A stretch of DNA of 62,333 bases, filler included. It is 16 parts of 16 records of this genome, joined end to end, with 100 filler letters (N's around TTAATTAATTAA, not from the genome) between each part and the next. Parts side by side here need not be neighbours in the genome. Positions count along the whole stretch, not along the records: positions 48,985 to 54,263 come from SRR9670534_413; positions 54,364 to 57,428 come from SRR9670534_414; positions 57,529 to 60,117 come from SRR9670534_415; positions 60,218 to 62,333 come from SRR9670534_419; 12 more parts are not named here. One strand, 5' to 3'. This document shows positions 50,322 to 62,333 of the stretch, piece after piece. The stretch's first letter is position 1; every line of letters starts with the position of its first letter. Below the pieces are notes generated by a model. It worked only from the letters and a program-made list of their open reading frames with translations. It had not been told where the DNA came from and searched no databases. A program made the translations under genes and the position numbers.

Positions 50322-51494
50322 CTAAGGTGTTCTAGAAGTAGCGAATTGCGTTGCCATTGCTGCCAAATAATTTGGAGGTGGTGATGGTAATTTTGAAGGG
50401 TCTGTACTTGGAACTGACATTCTTCCACCCAAGTTTTGCTGCTGAAGAAAGTAGTTCTTCAAGTAGGCATCTAACAACATGGAAGAATATCTTTCTCTGG
50501 CTGCCATTTCATTGGAAACCATCAATTGGTGCAGCATCAACTGATGTTGGTGATCCATAATTGGTGTTGACTGAAACAAATTACTGTTGTTATTAACTAG
50601 AGGTGGTTTAGGTGAGGATTCTTGGGCAGTTGTTGAAGACCCTCCAGTTCCAGCATTAGTAGTGGTGTTGATTAGCCTATCGATAGAAAAATTTGAAGTG
50701 GAACTTTTGGCGGCTTTGGTACTAGTAGGACTGCCTCCACCAACATTGTTTGAATGGTTTCTGTCTTCTTGTTGATTCATTGACTGAAACATCGCGGCAG
50801 TTTGGTGCTGATATGCTGCAGCTGCAGTGTAATTTCTTAGAAACTCTGCTGCTGTAAATGGATTGTGACTATTCATCGGTGGGTAAAATCTGGAGGGGTG
50901 TGGCGATGCCGGCCCCAAATAGTGATTTTTTGCACCCCCAGTTGCTCCTATACCAAATCCACCATGATGACTCTGAGAAGGTATACTTCTCTTCAAAGCC
51001 GCAAATCTGCTTCTATTAATGGCACTTGACCTTCTACGTAACTTTCCTGTAGTTCCACTTATTAGGACATCATCTCCACACGAGGGGTCTAACATCCAAT
51101 AGTTACCCTTTCCTGGATCGTCATAATTTCTGGGCACTTTGACAAAGCATTTATTTAGACTGAGATTATGTCTGATTGAATTCTGCCAGCCTTGCTTGTT
51201 CTCTCTGTAATAAGGGAAATTTTTCAGAATGAATTCATAGATACCATTAAGGGTTAGTCTTCCTTCAGGGCTGCTGCGTATTGCCATCATGATCAGTGCA
51301 TTATAGCTATATGGTGGCTTGTCTCCAAATTTATTCTTCTCTTTGGGAATTTCTACCTTTTTTGGTGAAGCCGTTGACTGTTGGTCACTACCATTGTCTT
51401 CGATGACCAAATCATGATCTTTTTCTTCAGGTTCCTCCTTTGAATGCTCATCATCAATATTGTTATTTGTCACAGCACTGGGTGATGAATCCAT
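50322..51494 (-). CDS. FOXG: Forkhead box G transcription factor, intronless
   Basis: [79 protein letters not shown]. eh1-like FSIDRLI C-terminal to the domain. Confidence 0.96.
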   Translation of the reverse strand: MDSSPSAVTNNNIDDEHSKEEPEEKDHDLVIEDNGSDQQSTASPKKVEIPKEKNKFGDKPPYSYNALIMMAIRSSPEGRLTLNGIYEFILKNFPYYRENKQGWQNSIRHNLSLNKCFVKVPRNYDDPGKGNYWMLDPSCGDDVLISGTTGKLRRRSSAINRSRFAALKRSIPSQSHHGGFGIGATGGAKNHYLGPASPHPSRFYPPMNSHNPFTAAEFLRNYTAAAAYQHQTAAMFQSMNQQEDRNHSNNVGGGSPTSTKAAKSSTSNFSIDRLINTTTNAGTGGSSTTAQESSPKPPLVNNNSNLFQSTPIMDHQHQLMLHQLMVSNEMAARERYSSMLLDAYLKNYFLQQQNLGGRMSVPSTDPSKLPSPPPNYLAAMATQFATSRTP

Positions 51495-51694
51495 TTTTTA
51501 AGAAACAACAAAAGGTATGTAAATGCTACTGTAGGGGTAATAATAGGTAATGTTGCTTCCTCTCTAAGGCGTAATTTATATATTATAAAACATGATAAAC
51601 TGTGTATGCGATAAATAAGCAGCAATAAAAGCGTACAAAATGATGAGCTCATCGCGTGGTAATACATATAGGTAGTAATACCAAAGACTAACGT

Positions 51695-51720
51695 GATTGG
51701 CTACTAATTAGCCACGCCCA
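51695..51720 (-). promoter_or_regulatory. Candidate FoxG proximal promoter (KLF/Sp box plus CCAAT box)
   Basis: Minus strand reads TGGGCGTGGC..CCAATC about 200 nt upstream of the ATG. Confidence 0.4.
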
Positions 51721-54556
51721 CTTACCTACTCAAAAACAAATAATAATTGGTTGTGAAGCCATTCAAGTCTTTTGTAAATGATGAAATATTAACAGCATGC
51801 TTTGTTTGCCAAACAAACTAGTTTATTAATTTTTAATTTTGTTTTACCTCTATTTCCCTTCTAAAGGAATTGATGGTCATGATAATCATAAAGAAAGTAG
51901 GGTTGTACGTAGTAAGGAGAAGGAAAGCACTAATCATAAAGAATGAACAAGGAATTGGTTTTTGCCTAATTGCTGCAAAACATCCATAACGCAAAAAAAT
52001 TAAAATTATTATTATTAATGACAACATCCCATATTTGCCAGTTTGGGCTATAAACAAGGATCATAAAACCCCAGAACACAATATTATTATCAACTGGCTG
52101 TAAACTAACAAAAAGGTAAATCTATTGACAGACAAATTTTTATGATGTGTAACAAAATAGTGAGATTGTACCAAGAGATAGGGTGTTCAAAGTGAAGAAT
52201 TATATGACATGTTTACATTTTTACCACCCTTCTTCCATTTTCTCCCCATATTGAGGGGGTAATAACTTTTTGCAAGACGTAATATGTATTTACATATATA
52301 CAGCCGTTGGGTGTCTGCTGCCAAATAATTTTAAACAAAACTGTGTAAACTTTGGCAACCTTTGTAGAGAATATTGGGGCAACAGAGATGGCTTTTGCTT
52401 TATGCCAAGTGGATAAACATTAAATTGTTTATCGCACTCCAGTCAACTGTCAATTTCAGAAGCGCATTTTCTGGTAATCGAAACGAAAATGTTTATACAG
52501 GCTTTTGCACCGTTATGTAAACTACTAGTTGTATGATCTTTTAGCACAGTTATTAATGACATTGAACAGATGTAACTGTCCTCATACCAACTAAGCTACC
52601 ATTTACCAAATAATCAAAAATTACCATCAAGTCATTGTCAAACCAAAGTTACACCATCGACCATTTATTGAATATTAATTATACCATTTATCAATAATAT
52701 TGCTATTTTATAGATTAATAAGTATTTGTATACAATATCATATTAATATTTAAAATTTATGTTTAAAATTTAAAAATTATATTTTAAATTTAAAATTAAT
52801 ATTTAAAATAATTACATGATATTATTATTTAAAATTTAATAATTAATAATAAAAAATATTTAATATTTTAATATTAATAATAAATAATATTTAATATTTA
52901 ATAAACATTTAATAATTTTTATTAATAATGTCTATTAAATATTTAATAAATATTACTTTGTTATTAAATCACACTCAAACGGGGGATTGCTTCATTATTA
53001 TTGTAAATGTTGTACGTATCGGATATATTGATACAATACCCAGATGATGGTGTATTAAAAAAGTAAGACAATATTTCTCATTCTTTAATGACTGTTAATA
53101 ATGGGGATGACAAAGAAACGCTACATGATATGTATGTATAGTTGTGATAATAATTTAATACGCATAAATGGGAATGTCCACAATGATCATAACCGGCAGC
53201 ATCCCTGTCAAAATAATTACTACTTTATAGCATTATTATGATTCATTAATTAAGAAGACCAATAATGGCTTTGGTGTAGTAATTTTAAACTTCGTTTTAA
53301 TGAGGTACTTGATTCCAACCCCCGTTTCTAATAAAGCTAACAGCCTGGCAAAAAAGAAATATTTGATCACATGTTTTCAGGTGTTTGCCAATTATCTCCC
53401 AGCTTTTACGTAAATAATAATGAACCTGAAGAAAATAATCATTCGTTTTTGCCTGAAACGACCCTACAATACCAACGCGCACGCGTGTCAACACTCCAAA
53501 CCATGAACATATTGTACTACCACAAACCACAAACCAATTATTACATCTTGTATTTTTCTTCTTCAATACTCCAATTAATAATGGTGATGATTATTTGTTG
53601 CGCTAATGAATGTCTAATAACAAATTGCTTTTTGAAAAATTCGAAACAAAAGCAAAGGAGCAATAGTACCTAACTAATGCTTCTTCTCATTTGTTTTCAT
53701 ACAAATACTTATTTTCACACGAACTAATCATTATGTTTGCGGGCAGAACGTGCTTATTTTGGTAATCATCACATGCGCTTCAGTTGCTGTTTCAAAATGA
53801 TTATTTTATTAATTAACAATCGCTCTAACTCTCTTGTACATTTTGTGTGTATCAACAGAATAAGGACAACACGAACATGACAGCCACCAAAAATGTAATT
53901 AGTGCCATTAATGTGTTTTTGTGTTCCCTAAAGCAATTTGGAAAATTATTAATTTAAAATTTATAAAAACATTGTTTTTTAATAGTAAGAAAGGAATTTT
54001 TTCAATATGTGGTATGTTACAGAAAATGCTGCATATCGTCAGCAGGATTACTGATAAATTGCAAATGACATGAAAAAACTTTATGCCATTTTATTGCGAC
54101 TAGCAATTTTCAATGAGGTTTAAGAATGATAGTAAATTACTAATGTCACGCAAATGAAAATCACTAACCTCGAACCATAGACATAGCTACTGTCTATAGC
54201 TCTAACAAGGCCGACATCTTTCAGCATGAAGAGAGTTTCTATAAAAATATTGCTAAAAGATGTNNNNNNNNNNNNNNNNNNNNNNNNNNNNNNNNNNNNN
54301 NNNNNNNTTAATTAATTAANNNNNNNNNNNNNNNNNNNNNNNNNNNNNNNNNNNNNNNNNNNNTTCCTGTTGAATTCCTGTCTGGATTCCTGTTGAAAAA
54401 CGACCATTGCGGTCGTAACTCACACTAGGATGCTAACTAAAAATCATAACTAACAATATACATGAATATGGAAACATATGATGTAATAATTAATAATTAA
54501 TTAATTATTAATTACATGTTACATATAATAATATATATAATATGTAATTATTTTAG

Positions 54557-57334
54557 TGGGATTTAGTGTGCTCAAAGGGATGGATACCACGCATGGATAC
54601 TTTTGTCAGTTTCATGGGAGTTTTACTTGGTGCTTTAATATGCGGACATCTGTCTGATCTGTAAGAACAATTTTAGACTCTCAGAGGGTCTACTAAGGCT
54701 AAATTACAACTTTTATAAATGTAGTAGGCCTAATTTTTGCATAATTCTTAGTTATGGTAGAAAAAAAGTTTTAGCGATTTCTTCCATATTACAAGTACCC
54801 CTTGGAATAAGTTTGGGAATAATTCCAAACATTGAGGCATGGCTTTTCATCAGATTTTGTTCATCTGTTGTGCTGATGGGGCAATTTGATTCAGCCTTTA
54901 CATTATGTAACTTATCTATCATTGTGCATTTTATCAATAACTATGAAATGTGAACAATTTTGCAGGCTTTGAAAATAGCACCAAAAGAGCAAGGGCACTT
55001 GTAGGAATGGTATTATGCTTATTGTGGGCAATTTGCTATTTTCCGTTAGTTATGTTGGCATATCTTATTAGAACAGCTACAACTTTGCAGATAGTTTCAA
55101 CAGTTTCCTGTGTTCTCTTCTTGCCTATAGTCGTGTAAGCGTAACTTATACCTAACGTACACGTTTTTATAATAGGCCTATACATAATCTGTGAATATTT
55201 TTTGTTTTTTAGAATTTATCCTGAATCTCCAAGATGGCTTCTGGTTAAAGGTAAAATCAAGCAGCTGATATCATTACATAAAAAATTTAACAAAAGCAAC
55301 AAATCAGCAATTGAATGCCTTTTACATTTTAACGTTGCTGTAAGATAGTCTCACGTATTCTTTAGTACAGCAGAAGTTATGATAGGCCTATTTAGAAAAG
55401 AGATAAAATTACTTCCTGCAAAAAAAAGTTGAATTTGATAGCCTTGTTCACTATCTCTGAATACAGAAAGAGATTGCTGTTCTTAATTCCCAGATGGTAA
55501 ATCTATTATCTATAACAATATTAATATTAATAAGTATTGGTAAGTATATTAATAAGTATTAGTTCCATGATATATCTCGAGAAATTATTACTGTCTAAAT
55601 TTGGATACAACCCATCAATCCGTTCAGTAATTAGCAATGCAAATCCATATTTTACATAAGTTTACCCCCAAAGATTTCAATGGGAATTTCCATAATAATA
55701 ATTAGCAGCCTTTGTTCCTTGATTACTGATCAATGGTCATCCCAATTGAGGTGTTCGGTATCTTGTTGGAAAGAACAAAGAATTATCCATTAGATACATG
55801 GCATCATGGCATTACTAGTCCTCTTTACCATATGCATAACGACTCTTCTTTCTATCGTAAATGCAAAAGATGTCGCCATCTTAATTCCTGGGTTTCAAAT
55901 TCTAGCAGAACATTGTCCAACTTTTCTTCTTTTTTGGTTTCAAACTTCAAAATCTCACAGGCTTCCATTGACGAGATATAAGCCTTATATCTAGGCGTCC
56001 CAATTTAGAACTTCGATTCCCGCTCTTATTATGCTTCCACTGGTGCTGGATAGCGGTTCGCCATCTATGTGCATGCACACCCTACGAGAGTAAAAGATTT
56101 GAACAGGTGTATGCTCATGTATGGTATATCATTAATCTATTATTATAATATAATTACACATAACTAATAATTAGTTAATAAATTAATTAAGAAAATGCTA
56201 AACGTGCGTTTTCTGCCATCCACATTTAAATCAATTTAAATCATTATTAAAATCATTAAAATTAACTAAATTAAACTAACTAAAATTCATACATAATTCC
56301 AATAAAGTACTTCCAAGATGAAATTGTTGTGAAAGAAGTCCTCCATGTTACCACAGCCAAGATATAACACGCAACTTGCCTATGATATCACTGGGCATCA
56401 ATTAATCAATTAATTAATTAACTTCCATAAATCTAATAAAAATCGCGCGTTAGTCCTACGCCACTGCTACATTATTATATTTGTTATTAATAATAATAAA
56501 TGGAAGACTTATAGGATCATAATTGGCTGTGCTTACTACTTTTTGTCATATAATGTTGAGGCTTTTGACGGAAATTATTATGTTAACTACTTGCTGGTGA
56601 ATTGCATTGAAATTCCTGCTAATCTGCTGTTGCTGGTACCTTTAAAATTCCTTGGAAGAATAAGTGTTTTGAGATGCAGCATGGTTTTATCTGCAATTTT
56701 TTGTATTTTTATTTCATTTGTTACAGAATTAAGTCCAGGTTAGTTATTAGAAACTATTATTAATAATACTATTATTAATTCAATAGCATATTTATTACTT
56801 ATTAATAAGTAGTAGAACTACCAGATTATGATATGTTCTAGATATTTGCAAAGCTCTATTAATAATAATAAAACAAATCACTTGATCAAATGTAGATTAC
56901 ACCACTAGTTTGGCAATTGTCAGTAAATTTTTTGCAACGTGGTCATTTACTTCAATTTACATATACACTGCTGAAACATTTCCAACTGATTGTAGAAATT
57001 CTGCTCTTGGTATATGTTCAGCTTGTTCAAGTTTTGGAGCGGCATTTTCAAAGTTTGTACCTAAGCTAAAGGTATATCAATGACATAAAGTTTATTGTAA
57101 TCAGATATTATTAGCCAGTATCAAAATAATAATGAATTAGAAATCCTAATTTAGAAATATAACTTTGAATGAATGTTTATTTAGGAAGTTGGTCCTTCGT
57201 TTCTGCCTTTTCTATCAGTAGCTATACCATTGTTTGTTCTTGGTGTCAGAGAAACAAAATTACCTGAAACAAAATACAAGGAACTTCCTGATACCAAATA
57301 TGATATCTCAAAATTTCGTGAGACGGCTGTGTGA
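54557..57334 (+). CDS. SLC22 organic cation/anion transporter-like MFS protein, 5'-truncated
   Basis: Exons 54557-54660, 54752-54906, 54966-55134, 55213-55339, 55396-55496, 56515-56738, 56896-57071 and 57185-57334. Motifs: WDLVC, GHLSDLYGRK, PESPRWL, AETFPTDCRN, LPETK. Confidence 0.92.
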
Positions 57335-58014
57335 TATGCAAAATATTACAATATCGCTATGAATTTCAATGTTGTGGGAAACATTTATATTAAGTAATTA
57401 TTGGGTTGTCCCATAAGTTTTTGCAAAANNNNNNNNNNNNNNNNNNNNNNNNNNNNNNNNNNNNNNNNNNNNTTAATTAATTAANNNNNNNNNNNNNNNN
57501 NNNNNNNNNNNNNNNNNNNNNNNNNNNNTCTGAAATCATTACCTGGAATTGCCAATTCTGAATTGGTCATGAAAAATAAATGCTTTTTGCTTTGCATGTA
57601 TTTTCAATTTTGTATATTACTCTAGTTTATTTTTATGATGTATTTTTAGTTATACTTTTAATTTTCTTTCAAACTTTGATAATTGAATTATTCGTAAAAT
57701 TGCAAAAGCAATTAGTTCTAAACCATCACATTTTTATTAAGAGCAAGATAATTTACACAATTATAGAGACTGTTTGAATAAATCTAAAAAAATCACTTCA
57801 ACAAAATGTAACTCAAGACACCTGACAAAAGCAACAATAATAAAGAAAAGTGTGAGTAATGTACCATAAAATTATTTTTGAAAAGATTTTTTTCAATGTC
57901 TGTGTTTAATACTTTAGGCAGTTTTTGTACAAACAAATCTCAAGCACAAATTAATAATAATATAATCACATAGCAAACTAGTTAAAATTATAATATTGAT
58001 ACTTAATAATATTA

Positions 58015-58986
58015 TCAATCCACAACAACATTTCCAACAACTTCCCAATCATCCAAAATCCAATTGATAACCAAATTTTCATAAATTCCCATAAATGGCA
58101 AGGAACTTGAAACTATCTCTACAGATGGAATTATATAGTTCCACAGCAGAACATATCTAACTGAACCTTCAAATGCTTGGTGATCATTGAAACCTGTACC
58201 AAAACCATCCTGTTCTTGAAATAATATGAAATAACCATCTGGCTGGATTGGTGGAACATTGCCAGATAGCATACCTAGGAATGAATTATTTAAATAAACC
58301 CCAATTTGATCAGTATCACTATTCCATGTCAAACAAGCTTGGTTCCATGCATCTTCAGTGTATTCAAAGGAGATATCTCCAAAGCTAGTATCCCCAAGAT
58401 AAGGTCTTAACTTTTTACCATTAGCTGTAGTAACATAAAAGAGCAAGTGATTAGCATCCCCAGCTACAGAATAGGAAAAGGGTGTCAGCTCTCCATATAC
58501 CAAGGCTTCAGTGGTTGGTTTAAATTGAAAACAAACAGTCCCTTTATCCATTGTTTCTGTAATCTTTGATCTATCATATTTGGCATAATTGTTTATACTT
58601 CTTGGATGTTCCATGGTCATGATAAAATCTTGAGTGCATTGTGGCTTACTTTCAATTTCTTCCTGCTCTTTTTCTGGAAGCTTAGTATAACCCTTTTTTG
58701 CCACCAAGAAGGTATTCATGTTCTGGTCAGAAACATCATGATAGCAAACATTATCATCAGATAAAATTTCGCAATATCCATCATTATATTGCAAGTATTT
58801 GCAGTTATCTTCATATATGTTACAATGTTGTAAACATGTTGAATACTGATCATCAGCATGAAAAATGGGTGTACCAGACAGGTCGTTTTCTATTAGTGGC
58901 AACTTTGGTGAAGGAAATTTGCAAGTAGAAAAGACAAAGGAAATATGCAAATATATGCAAAGCAGAAAAGCTAAAACAAATCTCAT
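58015..58986 (-). CDS. Secreted PAN/apple-like plus pentraxin domain protein
   Basis: Signal peptide, Cys pattern CLQHC..CKYLQY..CEIL (PAN-like), then pentraxin motifs WNQACLTWNS, GYFILFQEQDGFG..F...QAFEG and VLLWNYII. Confidence 0.8.
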   Translation of the reverse strand: MRFVLAFLLCIYLHISFVFSTCKFPSPKLPLIENDLSGTPIFHADDQYSTCLQHCNIYEDNCKYLQYNDGYCEILSDDNVCYHDVSDQNMNTFLVAKKGYTKLPEKEQEEIESKPQCTQDFIMTMEHPRSINNYAKYDRSKITETMDKGTVCFQFKPTTEALVYGELTPFSYSVAGDANHLLFYVTTANGKKLRPYLGDTSFGDISFEYTEDAWNQACLTWNSDTDQIGVYLNNSFLGMLSGNVPPIQPDGYFILFQEQDGFGTGFNDHQAFEGSVRYVLLWNYIIPSVEIVSSSLPFMGIYENLVINWILDDWEVVGNVVVD

Positions 58987-61900
58987 TTTTCAATCCTAGA
59001 AAAGCTGGTTTCTATTTAGTAGTGGACCTAGCAGCAAAACATGAACATCTGTTGTTTACTAATAGTAGGTATTGATTTTAACATTATGTTAGATAGTTAA
59101 AGTATCATAGCTTGCAATTTATGCTCCTAATATAAGTTTTCCACGGTAAAGCTATAAATAATAGATGTTTTAGTATCAATGTCCTAATCCATCACAGGGT
59201 CAGAAATGGTTGAAGTTTCAATTAAATTGTCAGTTTTATTATTATTAATAATAATAGCTAGGATGTTGGTGATAGAGTCCTTAAACTAGCTACATAGGTA
59301 ATTGCTAAGATAGCTACATAGAAATTACACATACATTATTGTAACAACATGTTTTATTATTAATAACAAATGATTTATCAGTTGTGAATTAATATGTCAG
59401 AAATTTTGAAATTTATTCCACAAAATTGATCATCACATGGGCTGCAAATTGCAATTATTGATTTTTATCCCAACTAATGTTGTTGCTCTATGGTTAGAAG
59501 TCAAAATATAAAATACATAGTCGGATACTATCCGATTAGTAACCAGATCTCTGGATATGATTTCCCTGGTTGATTATTATTAATAATAGCCATCATTATA
59601 TAATAATATCAGTAGCAGTAAATTGTCATATTTCGTCAGGTGTATTACATGAGGTTTGTCATGAATCATTCACTATGTATATGATACAGCTAAGGGATAG
59701 GAAGTTGTCAGCAACATAGAACCAGAGAGTCTCTTGGGTTCTCTTCAGAATCAATATCTAAATTTGTAATTGCTGAAATAGATGTCTTTATTTTTGGGAA
59801 TTGTTGAGTCACATAGCATAAACAAATACATATATAGCATTCCATTGGAAACTGTTCTCATAACTTTGTTACTAGCTTTTGTTGAAATTTTCATGTTGCT
59901 GTTGCAAGATCAAATACCCTATAAAATATTATTAAAATACTCAAAAATCATGTACAAACATTGTACTACAAAGCAAATGATAAAATCGTTATCATAAGTT
60001 ATGATTCATAACACAATATTATAACAAACAAGTATATTAAACTACAATAAGACTTGTAATAAACTATAATAAAAACATATGTAATACAGGTACCCTAGTG
60101 CTAAAAGTTGTCCTGTTNNNNNNNNNNNNNNNNNNNNNNNNNNNNNNNNNNNNNNNNNNNNTTAATTAATTAANNNNNNNNNNNNNNNNNNNNNNNNNNN
60201 NNNNNNNNNNNNNNNNNATAAATATAAATAAAAAATAAAAAATTTATTAAATTATTATAAATAATGTAAGTTTTATTACTATTTTTAATAAGTTATAACT
60301 ACTATTTATAATTAATGATGAAAAATTATCATTTATACTGGTAAAAAGTTATGGTTTATATAGGTTTGTAATATAGTTTGATTAATTATCATGTATATCT
60401 AAAAAAAGCATATTTTATTGTCATTATTAAGTATAGAATAATAAAATAAGAAATGCTTTTTATAATTACACTTACAGTTTCTGTTTGAAGTTATTATATT
60501 ACTAATAATGATGAAATGTTATCATATTTTAATTTATTCTTATAAAAAGAGTAATAGTTAATTATTATTAATCATTACATTTGATTATTATTAGCAATTT
60601 ATTAATAATGTGTCAACAGATTTACAATTTAAGATGAGAGTGAAGAAACAAAAGCACATATTTTTTCTTTTTATGTGAAAAATAAGCAGACACTTAGATT
60701 CAAACCTGGGTTCAGGAAATAGAAAGCTAAAGTGCTAATCACTGAGTCATGTATCTATTAATATATTATAAGGAATAAGAAATAATATCAAAAAATAGTT
60801 GAGAGGTTGAATTTAAATCATTGCCATTATCATCATGGTAATTGTCCTCAACAGTGTTAAGTCAGTACTCAAAAACATTAATTACTGCTTGTTTCCTTGC
60901 TTATTAAGGTAAAAATGCTTTCTAGTTACCGCCATTTTAAATGAAGTATTAGATCGACATCTTTTGGCTTTAGGTAAATGTCAAATGTCATTGCTATTGG
61001 CATAGTAAACTTATGGTTGAATTTTGAATTTATAGAAAGCAGTTTTGAAAACATTTCATAAAGGGTTTCTGAGTGTGAAAAGCTCGAATATGGACTCCAC
61101 TGCTTGTAAAAACGCTTCATGTGAGCGCTAAAACGCTGCATAGAAATGATTGTACCTGCTCATTCAAACCAGTGCTATGTAGAAATTAGCATAAAAACAA
61201 GTAGGCAAAAAGGATGAAATATAAATAATATAAGGTGATGATAAAACAAGTTTTATATAATTGTGCATATATTTAAAATATATCTCTTGATTAATAAACT
61301 AAACTAATGATACATGATTTAGAGTATTATCGTTAACGATAACAATTGTATGTTAGGCACAAAAAATGACCTAATTGAAGGAATAAAATAGCAGTTGACC
61401 AGACCAACAATTAATAATAATGAACCTGACATTATTATTATTATAATATATTATTATCATTAAACAGCATGCTTTTTAATAATAATAAACAGTCTTGAGG
61501 AACAATTGGGTTTTGACTGGATATACGGTAAGTCATTCAAAAACGTCATACATACATATTATACAATAATAAAATTAATATTACGAAAATGTTACTATTA
61601 TAATAGATATTCCTAGGCATATATAGGTTTATTAACCTAGAATAATGATTATAAATGTTTTACTTTATTAAGGGTTTTCCAACCATAAATAAAACCAATA
61701 GATTAGAACTAATTCTGCTATAGTGATTAATAATCACTATAATTATAATCATTCAAGGGCAATAGGCATGAGTAATCAGTAATAGTAGTCCTGAAACTAA
61801 TACTTTCTTTTGTGTAAGATTGAAATTAATAGCTTCTATAATTAGAGCTATTTACTTAATAATATCGGTAATCATTGAGAAGCAATTATGTAGGTGTGGA

Positions 61901-62333
61901 GATATAACGTATGTCACAACGTTGATTACTAACTCATTATTATGAATGCATAGAATAAATTCAAACTAAGGCAATACCCGTTTCGATATCGCCTACGTTA
62001 TTATTAAAAATCTTTTTCTCCTGCTTGTTCAATTTTATTCTATTTCCGTAAACATATGCAATTGCACCATTATATATTGTTGCCCTCTGTACTACAATGT
62101 TATAGTCGTTATTTTGTATTGATAGTAGCTGTTATTAGTATAATATGCTGAGAATAATATGCATGACATAAAAAAAATATTCTATGTAGGAAATTACTAC
62201 TAGCCTCACTGAGTTCGAACTGCTCAGTAGTACAATTTAGTCTTTTGGTTATTTATAAATATATTACTAATAACAACAATTATTTAGCTTGAAATAATTC
62301 GATTTTTAATTATTTTTACAAGCCAATGAATAT

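Noticed and set aside
60926-61141. 71-aa ORF ending at a GT donor
   Set aside because: It may be an exon, but I recognise no homology and found no in-frame downstream exon.
62195-62235. GTTCGAA B-box-like hairpin as a tRNA or SINE
   Set aside because: No cloverleaf or A-box, and the B-box consensus is incomplete.

Overview
This is AT-rich genomic DNA from a bilaterian invertebrate with compact genes and many 45-70 nt GT-AG introns; the species cannot be named from the sequence. It is not one locus: 16 contigs are joined by an artificial 100-nt spacer (N44-TTAATTAATTAA-N44), so gene order across spacers means nothing. Genes I reconstructed by hand: a dead CR1/L2-type LINE, RFT1 (5' part), two convergent GT31 galactosyltransferases, PDE1 (5' part), a double-BAF-domain gene, a Ly6/three-finger exon, TMEM63, SLC45, an L1/neuroglian-type CAM with a nested antisense gene, SKOR, Rab32/38, an ACBD4/5-TIM22-DIM1 cluster, FoxG, SLC22 and a PAN-pentraxin. 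Four observations stand out. (1) ACBD4/5, TIM22 and DIM1 lie on one strand only 22 and 72 nt apart, with a splice acceptor just before each ATG and a poly(A) signal only after the last gene. This suggests a eukaryotic operon resolved by SL trans-splicing, possibly with an internal promoter in TIM22 intron 1. (2) A single chain carries two tandem BAF-like domains, which the ORF track largely misses. (3) PDE1 has a pair of mutually exclusive exons flanked by ACUAAC and UGCAUG motifs and competing pairing segments. (4) The L1-family CAM has lost its FIGQY ankyrin-binding motif. All calls come from manual translation and recalled family motifs; no searches were run.
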